From positions 1-64,000 of the forward strand of contig JBALDB010000065.1 of the NCBI GenBank assembly GCA_036918135.1: 64,000 nt of DNA, written 5' to 3'. The DNA is from Nostoc sp. GTDB lineage: Bacteria > Cyanobacteriota > Cyanobacteriia > Cyanobacteriales > Nostocaceae. Made by a program: the position numbers and the translations under genes. Below the pieces are notes generated by a model. The model was given only the letters and a program-made list of their open reading frames with translations. It ran no database searches and was not told the DNA's origin. Every line of letters starts with the position of its first letter. Positions within the stretch are counted from its first letter, which is position 1. Shown here piece after piece: positions 21,159-32,082 of this stretch.

Positions 21159-21510
21159 TTACGAGCGGCCTAAATTGTTTATTAATTCTTCTATGGCTCT
21201 ATTTTTTATATTTTCATCAGGCAGAAAATAAAAAACTTTTTGTAAAAGCTCTATAGTTGCATTTTGAGCAAACCAGTCATCACTAGGATTGTCTAAAATA
21301 TTTAAAAAATATTTTAAACGCTGCTCTATAGCATCTCTATCTGTTTTAGCTAGTTGTCCCATGCGTTCCAACCAATTTCCTGCTGAGTCTTTGAAGCAAT
21401 TAGCATCAACAGTACATAGTTGATGAACCAGAACATAAGAATTTTTCTCAAGACCGTTTTGGCTAGTAGGGTTAATTGGATACGTTGTTGGTAAACCGTT
21501 AGATGTTGTT
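21159..21510 (-). pseudogene. N-terminally truncated PemK/MazF-like toxin remnant
   Basis: NGLEKNSYVLVHQLCTVD...RMGQL matches the C-terminal half of PemK. The N-terminal G.E...RP motif and a credible start are absent. Confidence 0.55.
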
Positions 21511-21876
21511 TGTGAGTTTAATTTCTGGCGATCGCACCGCGATAAGGCAGTACAGTATAACAAGCTCAACGTCCACCAAAGTGCGACAAATGAAGCGATT
21601 GGCTTTATCTTACGAGACGCTACGCGAACGCTACATTGTGTTCCTGCAATGACTAATCATCGCTGCGTAAATCTTGATGATATCAGACCCTGTCATCAGA
21701 ACCAATACTTATCAACGCCTCTAGCTTTTGAGTATAAGTATTGCGATCGCTATTTTCTAAAAGATTTTAAATCACCTCCATTTTGAGCATAGAAGTCAAA
21801 AGTTAAAAAATAAATTTGTCATCATGGGACAAGTTAGTAATCTCATTAACTATTGACTATTAACTCAGCACACAAG

Positions 21877-23658
21877 ATGACCAAAGCAACTGCATCCCGT
21901 CCCAACACCTACCTCCAGGAAACTGCACCAACGATTCATTACTCGGTGGCAATGCCGCAACCAGAAACTCATCTGTTTGAGGTGACTTTACAGCTTGTGA
22001 ATTGCCCCTGGCCAATTCTCGATTTAAAACTACCAGTATGGACACCAGGCTCCTACTTAGTTCGAGAATATGCTAAGAACTTACAGGATTTTGCGGCTTT
22101 TGCAGAGGATAAGCCTTTGCCTTGGCGCAAAATCAGTAAAAATCACTGGCAAATAGATAAAATAGGTGTTTCTGAATTAACTGTACGTTACCGTATTTTT
22201 GCCAATGAGCTATCGGTGCGGACAAATCACTTGGATGCTAGCCACGGTTATTTTAATGGTGCGGCAATATTTTTCAGAATAGCTGATTGGGAAACACAAC
22301 CGATTCGTGTCACCATCGTACCACCACGCCCGGAATGGCAGGTAACTACTGCTTTACCTGCCGTTGGCGAGCAAACGAATACTTTCTTGGCTAGCGATTT
22401 TGATACTCTTGTTGATAGTCCATTTGAAATTGGTTGTCACCAATTGTATCAATTTGAGGTTTTGGGAAAACCCCATGAACTGGCAATTTGGGGGCAAGGA
22501 AATTATCAAGCCCAACAGATGATTGCTGATATCGAAAAAATTATTCGGGTAGAAGCGCAGATGTTCGGCGGTTTACCTTATGAAAGATATGTATTTTTGT
22601 TACATTTATTTAGCCAAGCTTTTGGCGGTTTAGAGCATAAAGACTGTTGCTCGTTAATTTACCAGCGTTTTGGGTTTCGCGTTCCAGAAAAGTACGATCG
22701 CTTTCTGCAATTAGTAGCACACGAGTTCTTTCACTTGTGGAACGTCAAGCGAATTCGCCCAAAAGCATTAGAGGTTTTTGATTACGATCGGGAAAATTAC
22801 ACCCCATGCTTATGGTTTTGTGAAGGGACTACCAGTTACTACGACTTATTAATTCCGTTGCGGGCGGGAATTTATGATGCTAAGTCCTATTTAAATAATT
22901 TGGGTAAGGAAATTACCAGATATCAAACCACACCAGGACGGAAAGTACAACCACTGTCCGAGTCGAGTTTTGATGCTTGGATTAAACTTTATCGTCCAGA
23001 TTCCAATAGCGGCAATTCTCAAATTTCCTACTATTTAAAAGGAGAAATGATTTCGTTATTGCTGGATTTACTGATTCGCTCTACTCACGACAATCAGCGT
23101 TCCCTCGATGATGTAATGCTGAAAATGTGGCAGCAATTTGGGCAAGCTGAAATTGGCTATACCTCAGAACAGTTGCACGAAGTTATAGAATCTGTGGCAG
23201 GAATCGACTTAACCGATTTCTTTGAGCGCTACATTCATACCACTGAAGATTTGCCATTTAATCAGTATCTAGAACCCTTTGGCTTGCAGTTAGTAGCTGA
23301 GCAACAGGAAGAACCTCATCTCGGTGTCAGAACAAATACCGAGAATGGACGGGAGATAATTAAGTTTGTTGAGGCGGATTCACCCGCACAAGCAGGGGGA
23401 ATTGATGCGGGTGATGAATTACTGGCAATTAATGGAATTAAGATTACGGCAGGTGGCTTAAGCGATCGCCTCAAAGATTACCAACCAAGCGATAAAATTG
23501 AAGTTACAGTTTTCCACCAAGACGAACTGCGTACTTATTCCATTACCCTAGCATCACCAAATCCCACTCGCTATCAAGTAAAACCTGTTGATTCTCCTGA
23601 CTCTACACAGCAGCGAAACTTTACCGACTGGCTTGGGGTAGCGTTGACAACTGTTTAA
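21877..23658 (+). CDS. M61 family glycyl aminopeptidase with PDZ domain
   Basis: PVWTPGSY, GGLEH, AHEFFHLWN (HExxH), SYYLKG, PDZ SPAQAGGIDAGDELLAING. Confidence 0.9.
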   Translation: MTKATASRPNTYLQETAPTIHYSVAMPQPETHLFEVTLQLVNCPWPILDLKLPVWTPGSYLVREYAKNLQDFAAFAEDKPLPWRKISKNHWQIDKIGVSELTVRYRIFANELSVRTNHLDASHGYFNGAAIFFRIADWETQPIRVTIVPPRPEWQVTTALPAVGEQTNTFLASDFDTLVDSPFEIGCHQLYQFEVLGKPHELAIWGQGNYQAQQMIADIEKIIRVEAQMFGGLPYERYVFLLHLFSQAFGGLEHKDCCSLIYQRFGFRVPEKYDRFLQLVAHEFFHLWNVKRIRPKALEVFDYDRENYTPCLWFCEGTTSYYDLLIPLRAGIYDAKSYLNNLGKEITRYQTTPGRKVQPLSESSFDAWIKLYRPDSNSGNSQISYYLKGEMISLLLDLLIRSTHDNQRSLDDVMLKMWQQFGQAEIGYTSEQLHEVIESVAGIDLTDFFERYIHTTEDLPFNQYLEPFGLQLVAEQQEEPHLGVRTNTENGREIIKFVEADSPAQAGGIDAGDELLAINGIKITAGGLSDRLKDYQPSDKIEVTVFHQDELRTYSITLASPNPTRYQVKPVDSPDSTQQRNFTDWLGVALTTV

Positions 23659-23663
23659 GAGTA

Positions 23664-23793
23664 GGGACATCCAAAAATTAAACTACTCAATTTCTGCATC
23701 CAATATCACTATCCGATTTTTTCTCCCCCTGCCTCCTCTGCCTCCCCTGCTCCCCCTGCCAAAACGATTGATTATTTTTTTGTTGGAAGTCCC
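23664..23793. mobile_element. MITE-like element, 130 bp
   Basis: Imperfect terminal inverted repeats GGGACATCCAAAAA / TTTTGTTGGAAGTCCC with internal CCCCTGCT repeats. Confidence 0.55.
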
Positions 23794-23872
23794 GTATTAA
23801 GCATGGGGAGTATCGGCAAGGTGAGGAGATGGGCGTAGTTTCACCCCACCTCCTCATCTCCCCAGCCTTCAA

Positions 23873-25639
23873 CTAAGATGTTTTCACCGCCCCAGAGTAA
23901 ATCAAACCCCGCTGTAAATCCAGCGTTAGAATAGCTCCATCCCGAATTACCTGTGTTGCCTGCTTCACGCCGACAATCACTGGTACACCGAGACGCAAGC
24001 CAATTACTGCTGCGTGACTTGTAAGACTTTCATCTTCCGTAATAATTCCGGCTGCTTTGCGAATTGCCTCTACAAAATGAGCATTTGTACGGGAAGCAAC
24101 CAAAATATCTCCAGGATTAAAGTTACTTACATCCATACCAGTATTAGCAACCCGTGCGCGACCACTCACTGAACCTTGTCCCAGTCCAATTCCATGACCT
24201 AATATTGCCGTTACCACCTCAACTTTAATCAAATCTGTGGAGCCAGAAATTCCCTGGAGTGTGCCAGCAGTCATTACTACTAAATCTCCCTCAGAAAGTA
24301 ACTTCAGTTCCTGAGCCACATTGATTGCAGCTTGAAATGTTTGACCTGTAGAAGGTAATCCCAGCACTAGTAGCGGTTTTACTCCCCATACCATCTGTAG
24401 TTGTCGCGCCACGTTTACATGGGGTGTCACTGCCAAAACCGGTGTATGAGGACGAAATTTTGAAACATTGCGAGCGGTTGCTCCGGTTTGGGTTAAAGTC
24501 ATAATTGCTGCTGCTCCTAGTTGCTCTGCAATTTGACTTACAGCTTGACTAATAGCATTGGGAATAGAACGTCTGGTATCTCTTAGATGACGTACTGTTG
24601 ATTGTGCCTCCTCTTGCTCGATACGCTCCGCAATACGTGCCATCGTCGCCACTGCTTCTACTGGGTAGTTACCTACAGCAGTTTCATTGGACAGCATTAC
24701 CGCATCTGTGCCATCTAAAATCGCGTTTGCCACATCTGACACTTCGGCACGAGTCGGACGGGGATTGCTCACCATACTGTCTAACATCTGAGTGGCGGTG
24801 ATAATCGGAATCCCTAAGCGGTTTGCTGTGGCAATCAGCCGCTTTTGCAACACCGGGACATCTTCTGCTGGCAGTTCCACGCCTAAATCGCCTCTAGCAA
24901 CCATCACGCCATCACACAAAGCCAGAACAGCTTCCATTTGTTCAATAGCTTCGTGCTTTTCAATTTTGGCGACCACTGGCACTTGCTTGCCTGTACTAGA
25001 AATTAGCTCTTTAATTTCAATTAAATCTTGGGGATTGCGGACAAAAGAAAGTGCTACCCAATCAACACCCTGATCTAGACCAAACATTAGATCCTCTCGG
25101 TCTTTGTCGGTCATTGCTTTAATTGATAAATAAACCCCCGGAAAGTTTACACCTTTATTGTTAGAAAGTTTACCAGCTACAGTCACGCGACAATGCAAAT
25201 CACCTTTGTCACGGTTAATTTCCTCCACGACCATTTCTACTCGTCCATCATCAAGGAGGATTTTTGCACCAACTGGGACTTCTTCTGCTAAATAGTCGTA
25301 AGTAACACAACTAATTTCCTGCATACCGATAACCGGACGATTTGTCAAGGTGAAGCGATCGCCTTTTGCCACAACTATAGATCCATTGTCAAATTTCCCC
25401 AAGCGAATTTTTGGCCCTTGCAAGTCTTGGAGAATACCCACTGGTTGATTTAATTCAAAAGCTGTTTGTCGAATTAAGCGAATATTACGCTGATGATCTG
25501 CATGAGTCCCGTGGGAGAAGTTTAGCCGCAGTGTCGTTGCTCCTGCTTCAATAATCGCCTTGAGCATTTCAGGACTGCTTGTGGCGGGACCAATAGTAGC
25601 GACAATTTTTGTCCGGCGTAGAGAATCTCTTAATTGCAT
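23873..25639 (-). CDS. pyk: pyruvate kinase with C-terminal PEP-utiliser mobile domain
   Basis: RRTKIVATIGPA, RLNFSHG, DLQGPKIR, AKIE, MVARGDLGVE, TSHAAV. Confidence 0.96.
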   Translation of the reverse strand: MQLRDSLRRTKIVATIGPATSSPEMLKAIIEAGATTLRLNFSHGTHADHQRNIRLIRQTAFELNQPVGILQDLQGPKIRLGKFDNGSIVVAKGDRFTLTNRPVIGMQEISCVTYDYLAEEVPVGAKILLDDGRVEMVVEEINRDKGDLHCRVTVAGKLSNNKGVNFPGVYLSIKAMTDKDREDLMFGLDQGVDWVALSFVRNPQDLIEIKELISSTGKQVPVVAKIEKHEAIEQMEAVLALCDGVMVARGDLGVELPAEDVPVLQKRLIATANRLGIPIITATQMLDSMVSNPRPTRAEVSDVANAILDGTDAVMLSNETAVGNYPVEAVATMARIAERIEQEEAQSTVRHLRDTRRSIPNAISQAVSQIAEQLGAAAIMTLTQTGATARNVSKFRPHTPVLAVTPHVNVARQLQMVWGVKPLLVLGLPSTGQTFQAAINVAQELKLLSEGDLVVMTAGTLQGISGSTDLIKVEVVTAILGHGIGLGQGSVSGRARVANTGMDVSNFNPGDILVASRTNAHFVEAIRKAAGIITEDESLTSHAAVIGLRLGVPVIVGVKQATQVIRDGAILTLDLQRGLIYSGAVKTS

Positions 25640-26024
25640 AGGAGCTGAATTTAGGAAGCTATCTGGGAAGTCATCGTAACTTTAAATGGCATCTCCTTTT
25701 TGGTCACTGCTATCAGATTTAAGCAGTTAAAGTGGGATTATGAGAGACAAAGGAGATGGAGAGAATAGAAAAGGCTGGGGACACACAACAAAGACTGCTT
25801 CCTCATCTTCTTCACGGCGCAGTTTATCCCATCAACTTCTTGCCAATTCTCATACCCCACCAATCCGTAAAGACTAAGCCTCGTCTGGAATCATAGCGTT
25901 ATTCATGTGCTGATATACTAGGCTGCGGATAAATCTTGCTATACAAAACTTTATAAAACTTTACTATTTCCTAATTTTTATCGTATATTCGGAATGTTTG
26001 ATAAAGAAGGAGTCGATGTCAATA

Positions 26025-26915
26025 ATGCTCGCGTCGGAGGCACAAAAGCCATTAACAATTCCTCCTAAGGAATTTTTAGCGCCTCCCGGTGATTTCAATC
26101 CAACACAACTGCTATTTTCAGTTGCTGTAGGAATGTTGGTATTATCTAACTTTGGTTACTGGCTCTGGCAATGGCCGCACTGGCTGTGTTTCGCTGTTAA
26201 CACTATTGCCTTGCATTGTGCTGGGACGGTAATCCACGATGCTTGTCACCAATCAGCCCATCGCAATCGGTTAATTAATGCAATGTTAGGGCATGGCAGT
26301 GCGTTGATGCTGGCTTTTGCTTTTCCAGTGTTTACGCGGGTACATTTGCAACATCATGGTCATGTCAACCATCCTAAAGACGACCCGGATCATTATGTCT
26401 CTACAGGTGGGCCTTTGTGGATGATTGCATTTCGGTTTTTGTACCATGAGGTATTTTTCTTTCAACGCCGATTGTGGCGTAAATATGAGCTACTAGAATG
26501 GTTGATTAGCCGTTTAATTGTCGGTTTAATTGTTTATATTTCAGTTCAGTACAACTTTTTAGGTTATATTTTGAATTTTTGGTTTGTACCTGCTTTTGTA
26601 GTAGGAATAACACTAGGATTATTCTTTGACTATTTGCCCCATCGTCCGTTTGTAGAGCGCGATCGCTGGAAAAATGCCCGCGTCTATCCTAATGCAATTC
26701 TCAATATCTTAATATTAGGACAAAACTACCACTTAATTCACCATTTATGGCCTTCTATTCCTTGGTATAATTATCAGCCTACTTATTACTTAATGAAGCC
26801 TCTATTAGATGAAAAAGGCTGTTATCAAACTTCTGGTTTATTACAGAAAAAAGACTTTTTTGAGTTTGTTTATGACATCTTTTTAGGAATTAGATTTCAT
26901 CATCATGAAAAATAG
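26025..26915 (+). CDS. crtR: beta-carotene hydroxylase
   Basis: His boxes HDACH, HLQHH, HLIHH of the cyanobacterial CrtR desaturase-fold family. Confidence 0.9.
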   Translation: MLASEAQKPLTIPPKEFLAPPGDFNPTQLLFSVAVGMLVLSNFGYWLWQWPHWLCFAVNTIALHCAGTVIHDACHQSAHRNRLINAMLGHGSALMLAFAFPVFTRVHLQHHGHVNHPKDDPDHYVSTGGPLWMIAFRFLYHEVFFFQRRLWRKYELLEWLISRLIVGLIVYISVQYNFLGYILNFWFVPAFVVGITLGLFFDYLPHRPFVERDRWKNARVYPNAILNILILGQNYHLIHHLWPSIPWYNYQPTYYLMKPLLDEKGCYQTSGLLQKKDFFEFVYDIFLGIRFHHHEK

Positions 26916-26985
26916 AATTGTTCCATATTTATAAAGTGAATCTGAAGTAGGGAAGCCAGGTGTAGCTCAGAGCATTTTTAGAAAG

Positions 26986-27282
26986 TTAAACACCTACTTC
27001 TGATAATAGAGCTTGCATAGCTTCCCAAGAAAGTCCTTGTTGAATGTAACGAGGGGATTCAGGATTGTAAGGACTAGCTACTCGGTCGATATTAAGAATA
27101 ATTGCCTCATCTGGTAAAACAGGTACATCTAGATCGAATGCTGTTGGGTGCATCAAAGAACTGGAAAAACCTTTGAAAACAGCAATTGAATCTTGCTCGC
27201 CAGCAATTTCTACTGTTAGAAGTAAGACTTCTTGAGGGCGTTTAGCGGTATATTGTTCCAGTCGCTTACTAATGGAATTCAT
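26986..27282 (-). CDS. conserved cyanobacterial hypothetical protein
   Basis: RLEQYT..RPQEVL, FKGFSSSL..PTAFD.D.PVLP, PYNP. Confidence 0.75.
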   Translation of the reverse strand: MNSISKRLEQYTAKRPQEVLLLTVEIAGEQDSIAVFKGFSSSLMHPTAFDLDVPVLPDEAIILNIDRVASPYNPESPRYIQQGLSWEAMQALLSEVGV

Positions 27283-27327
27283 TTTTGAAGTTGAAATTTT
27301 CAATCTTGAATTAAAGCACAAGGACAA

Positions 27328-27936
27328 TTATTGAGGTGTAGCTGTACGTCCCTGCTTGCCTAGCTTAATTAAAACAAAGTAGCTTAAGTAAAGTACATAA
27401 ATTACTAAACCAACTATGCCAAGAAAACCTAAGAATTCAGCTTTACTATTAGCATGAAAATATTCTTTAAATAGTAATGGAGCCTCGAACCAGACGCGAC
27501 AATAGGGCGTCTTGAGCGCATTTCCAGAAAAAGCACAACCCAAAAAAAGCGCAGAGGCTATTGCGCCTAAAATACAATAAACAGTTGTAGCCCAGCGCCA
27601 AGAAGTAAAAATTAACTTTAAATATTTAGTAGTTTGATACTCAATTTCATCGTTGAGATCCACCCAAAACCATAATGAAATTGGAATCAAAATCCGAGCC
27701 ATAAATCCAGAAATAAAGCTAACTGGATACTGGGCAATCATCAGATAAACGGTAATTGCCAGCAGACTTGATACTCGCCAGTATATGCTTAATAAGCGTT
27801 GTATGCCTTCTGCTTTTTGCACAAATGCCCAAATTAGTAGAATTAATGGAATAATTACCATAAATAATACTGCTAGCCGATAATCAATCCACACAAAAGG
27901 ACGAAACCAAACATTATAATCCATAGTTTTTATCAA
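27328..27936 (-). CDS. DUF3177-family membrane protein
   Basis: VWIDYRLAVLF, YWRVSSLL, LWFWVDLNDE; several TM segments. Confidence 0.8.
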   Translation of the reverse strand: MIKTMDYNVWFRPFVWIDYRLAVLFMVIIPLILLIWAFVQKAEGIQRLLSIYWRVSSLLAITVYLMIAQYPVSFISGFMARILIPISLWFWVDLNDEIEYQTTKYLKLIFTSWRWATTVYCILGAIASALFLGCAFSGNALKTPYCRVWFEAPLLFKEYFHANSKAEFLGFLGIVGLVIYVLYLSYFVLIKLGKQGRTATPQ

Positions 27937-28339
27937 GTGATAAATAAAACATTTTTAGCCAAGACCAAATATTTAGAACTGAGACTAATCTACTTTGGAA
28001 AGTGTAATTTTTAGTTTAGATGGATAGAAAGTAGAGATTTCTAAATTATGCAAATGACATCCAAATTAATATGAAAACTTATTTTTTAAGTAAATCAACT
28101 CTGATATACCTCTAAGCTATTAACTACAGCAATTCTATCCCAGCTATGAAAATTACTTTTTTAACGTATCACAAGGATGCAAAGAATATGAAGACGTAGA
28201 AACAGAAAATTTCATTACCTCAAGGATAACCGCAGGTTGTTGGTATAACTTCGCTAACACCAATACACTGGCTTGCCAACCTAGACAGCTAAATAGTTTT
28301 TAGGTCTCACACTAAACGGATTGTAGTATAAAATACGTT

Positions 28340-28369
28340 TGTAGGGGCATACGTTTGTACGCCCCTACA
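28340..28369. repeat. GTAG-type REP-like palindrome
   Basis: TGTAGGGGCATAC-GTTT-GTACGCCCCTACA hairpin. Confidence 0.7.
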
Positions 28370-28774
28370 GCCAATCGATTTGTTACAAAGATTTTTGTAA
28401 CAAGTATTACAGTAATACTTTAGTGAATTGACTTTTGTGAATCTCTCTATTTGCCAAAACAACCAACTCTAAGATTCTAAACTTTAATTTTGCACTTACC
28501 TATATGTAATAGCATTAGGGAGACTTGGAAAAACTACCCAAAGTGTATACATTTAACAGTTTCAGACAAAACTCGGAATTTTTTAAGGTGTAAAGATTTA
28601 CTTCAAAAATGAAAATCCCTAATTCTAGACATTTTTGCCAATTCTCCACTTTTGGCAAAGACGGCAAAAAGGCGAGAATGTGATTTTACAAAAGAGTGAT
28701 GCCAAGGTGCAAGATATCAGTAAATAGATCCTAGCTGTTTGTTGACCAAATAGAAAATTCATTTGCCTCAATTT

Positions 28775-29020
28775 CTACTCGTCGTAAACTCGGCATTCAA
28801 TTGCATCTGGGTTATCATCGCAATATTGTTCAAAAGAATTTTTTGGCTTAATTTGGCGTTGGTGAGAAGCTTCGGCTCGTAATTCTTCTACTGCATCCCA
28901 AGCAGCAGCACACTCTGGTGAGTTGTTACCGCTGGTGTCACAGACAGTACGTGCTTCTTCCACTTCTTGTTGAATTTTTTCCTGGATGTCGCCCTTTGCT
29001 GTTCCTTGAACGTTAGTCAT
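28775..29020 (-). CDS. cp12: Calvin-cycle regulatory protein CP12
   Basis: Two Cys pairs, AWDAVEE motif, C-terminal CDDNPDAIECRVYDE. Confidence 0.93.
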   Translation of the reverse strand: MTNVQGTAKGDIQEKIQQEVEEARTVCDTSGNNSPECAAAWDAVEELRAEASHQRQIKPKNSFEQYCDDNPDAIECRVYDE

Positions 29021-29394
29021 TGTTTTAGTCTCGTTGCGTGTTGTTACTACTAGTATAGAAAAACTTCAAAAATGGCAGTTTTTGGTTTTATTACTAACCA
29101 TTTTAACCACTTGGCTGAGAATTAAGTTAGCCTTTAAGCTTATTGATTTCAAGCCAACACAGTAAACTGCCAGATGTATAATGCATTCACCTTTATTTTT
29201 TAAGATTTTATGGAATCAGTACTACAGATAGACAATCATACAATATATTTAGATGCATGTATTAGGGAATGACAACCCCAGTTTCGTGGAATGGCGAATA
29301 CAAACGACTGGGGGCAACTCTTGTAGAATGTAATTCTTCGCAAAATGAAAAATCAAAAACTACTAGCCTAAAAAGCAAAAGAAGCCCAAAACTC

Positions 29395-30627
29395 ATGGCA
29401 CAAATGCAGTGGGCAAATGCCCTATCAACCCATCATTCATTGGAAGCAGCAGTTGCAGATGTGGTACAACGAGCTGTCTCGTCGTTAACAGTACCTGCGG
29501 ATTTAGGGCTGGTATTCATTTCGTCTGCTTTTACGAGTGAGTATTCTCGACTGTTACCTTTGTTAGCTGAGAAACTTTCTGTGCCGGTGCTAATTGGCTG
29601 TAGTGGCGGAGGTGTGATTGGGACAACAGTTAAGGGAGAAACCCAAGAACTAGAAGCTGAACCAGCTATCAGCTTGACTTTAGCCCACCTTCCAGGGGTG
29701 AAGGTTCAAGTATTTCATGTTGTTGCTGAAGAATTACCTGACTTAGACAGTCCACCCGATGCTTGGCTTGATTTGGTTGGTCTACCATCATCACCGACAC
29801 CCCAGTTTATTTTGCTGTCTAGTTCCTTTGCCTCTGGAATTAACGATTTGTTGCAGGGGCTAGATTTTGCTTATCCAGGATCGGTGATAGTGGGGGGACA
29901 AGCTAGTGGTGGGGGTATGGGTGGTCGTGTTGCTCTATTTTGTAAGGATGACCGCAGCGATTTGGGTCAAAGCTTGTATCGTGAGGGGACTATTGGCATA
30001 GCTTTGACTGGGAATATTGTTTTGGAAACGATTGTTGCCCAAGGATGCCGACCTATTGGCAAACCTTTGCAAGTTACAAAAGCCGATCGCAACATCATCA
30101 TCGAATTAGATGAGCAAGTACCCTTAATAGTATTACGAGATTTAATTGCCAGTCTCAGCGAAGAGGAACGTACTTTAGCACAACACTCTTTGTTTGTGGG
30201 TGTGGCAATGGATGAATTTAAGCTGGCTTTACAACAGGGAGACTTTTTAATTCGCGGTATTCTTGGTGTAGATCCGACAGCAGGAGCGATCGCAATTGGC
30301 GATCGCGTTCGTCCCGGACAAAGGCTGCAATTCCACCTGCGCGATGCTCAAGCCTCTGCTCAAGATTTAGAATTACTTCTCCAAAGTTATCAACACCAAC
30401 GCGACGCCGAACCCTCTGCCGTAGCTGCTTTGATGTTTGCCTGTGTGGGAAGAGGCGAAGGACTGTATGGTAAACCTAATTTTGATTCAGAACTATTTAG
30501 GCAATACCTCAAAGATATTCCTGTAGGCGGCTTTTTCTGTGGCGGCGAAATCGGCCCTGTTGGTGGTAGAACTTTCTTACACGCTTACACTTCTGCATTT
30601 GGAATTTGTCGGCAAAATCAATTATGA
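29395..30627 (+). CDS. FIST N/C domain protein (start probably ATG 29395)
   Basis: IGCSGGGVIG, VAQGCRPIG, FHLRDA, CVGRG, GFFCGGEIGP. Confidence 0.87.
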   Translation: MAQMQWANALSTHHSLEAAVADVVQRAVSSLTVPADLGLVFISSAFTSEYSRLLPLLAEKLSVPVLIGCSGGGVIGTTVKGETQELEAEPAISLTLAHLPGVKVQVFHVVAEELPDLDSPPDAWLDLVGLPSSPTPQFILLSSSFASGINDLLQGLDFAYPGSVIVGGQASGGGMGGRVALFCKDDRSDLGQSLYREGTIGIALTGNIVLETIVAQGCRPIGKPLQVTKADRNIIIELDEQVPLIVLRDLIASLSEEERTLAQHSLFVGVAMDEFKLALQQGDFLIRGILGVDPTAGAIAIGDRVRPGQRLQFHLRDAQASAQDLELLLQSYQHQRDAEPSAVAALMFACVGRGEGLYGKPNFDSELFRQYLKDIPVGGFFCGGEIGPVGGRTFLHAYTSAFGICRQNQL

Positions 30628-30720
30628 GTGGGGCTGGGGACTGAGGAATAAGATTAAAAATACTATTATTCCAATCCCCAATCCCTAATACCCAATCTAA
30701 AATCCAAAATTCAATGACTC

Positions 30721-31848
30721 CTAACTCCTATCCAGCAAAAGCGTGCTGTTATTATCAATCAAAGTTAGAGTTCCACCAGTAGCGATGCCTGAGTTAGGCT
30801 GGGATGCTCCATAAGTCTGAATGTAGCGCTGCACTTCTATTGGAAAATGCGGGTAATCTAGCACAGCATCGCCATCGGCAATAGTTGCCCAGAAGTCGCG
30901 CAAACTAGGAGCTAATTCTTTTGCCTGCGATAACGGTAAATTTAAGGGTGAGTTAGTTAGTAGTTTGATTAAAAAGGGAAAAGAGCGATCGCCCATCCAC
31001 TGCCGTGATGACTGTTGCAAGTTGGGGAAATCGGGTACGGACTCTACTCTATACGATAAAATTTGTAGCCATTCTTTACCTTGGTTATCCCGATGAAACT
31101 CCAGCAGCCGATAAGGGTGAGGATAGCTAACCAAAGAACCAGTAGTAATATCATATACTCCGTCTGAGTAAGCAACGTCCTGAACGTGCAAATGTCCAGT
31201 AAACACTAGCTTTACTCCGTAGCGCTTGAGCAACTGCAACATTTGGGCTGAATTTGCCAACATGTAGCGATTTGCTAGTGGGTGGTTCGATTGATTGGGC
31301 AAATGTTCGACTACATTATGATGCACCATCACCAAAATTAATTCATCAGCAGACGCCGCTAGCACATCTTCTAACCAGCGTAGCTGTTTGGTATCCAAAC
31401 ATCCCACCTGCTCGCCTTGGTCATTAAAAGAGTTAGAATTCAATCCAATCAACTTCACTCCCGGTAGCAACTGACGAATGTAGTACATTTGTTGTGGATC
31501 GTCATAGCCACACTTAGTGTAATAGTAGGGAAAATCTGCAAAAGCAATTGATTGGCGATCGGCCAGCAGTACAGGAACATCATGATTGCCAGGAACAACA
31601 TAGACGGGAAAAGGTAGCTGGGCTAAGCGTTGTTGCAACCAAGCGTGATTTTCCGGTTCGCCGTGCTGGGTTAAATCTCCTGGCAATAATAGGAAATCTA
31701 AATCGAGCTGTGTTAAATGTTGTAGTACACTTTCAAACGCCGAAATACTGACTTCCACTAAATGAAACCGACTAGGATGATTCCAAATTGTGTGGGGAAG
31801 TGCCAGGTGTAAGTCACTGACTACCGCAAAGCGAAAATTGAGAGTCAT
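30721..31848 (-). CDS. calcineurin-like metallophosphoesterase
   Basis: SDLH, GDLT, PGNHD, MVHH, TGHLH. Confidence 0.9.
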   Translation of the reverse strand: MTLNFRFAVVSDLHLALPHTIWNHPSRFHLVEVSISAFESVLQHLTQLDLDFLLLPGDLTQHGEPENHAWLQQRLAQLPFPVYVVPGNHDVPVLLADRQSIAFADFPYYYTKCGYDDPQQMYYIRQLLPGVKLIGLNSNSFNDQGEQVGCLDTKQLRWLEDVLAASADELILVMVHHNVVEHLPNQSNHPLANRYMLANSAQMLQLLKRYGVKLVFTGHLHVQDVAYSDGVYDITTGSLVSYPHPYRLLEFHRDNQGKEWLQILSYRVESVPDFPNLQQSSRQWMGDRSFPFLIKLLTNSPLNLPLSQAKELAPSLRDFWATIADGDAVLDYPHFPIEVQRYIQTYGASQPNSGIATGGTLTLIDNNSTLLLDRS

Positions 31849-32082
31849 CGATTTATGAAAATGTTAAAAGGAGGAGCTAAAACAAGTCTTTTCCAAAAAG
31901 TATAACCCTTACTCAATGTTGGTGCAGGGGAATAAGTATACTTAATATTTGTACACATTTAGCATCAATTACACGCTATAGTAACAATTAACTTTAATAG
32001 TTATGAAATACATTCAATCTGGATAAATTAAATAAAAATTTGATTACTAAAAATTAGGAATTACTAATCAGGAGAGCAAATT

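Noticed and set aside
12123..21800. Prophage or ICE integrated at tRNA-Gly
   Set aside because: No integrase, phage or conjugation genes, and no duplicated tRNA 3' end was found by eye.
28396..28411. NtcA-like site TGTA-N8-TACA
   Set aside because: No -10 box at the expected spacing on either strand. It sits beside a REP-like repeat about 460 bp from the nearest gene start.
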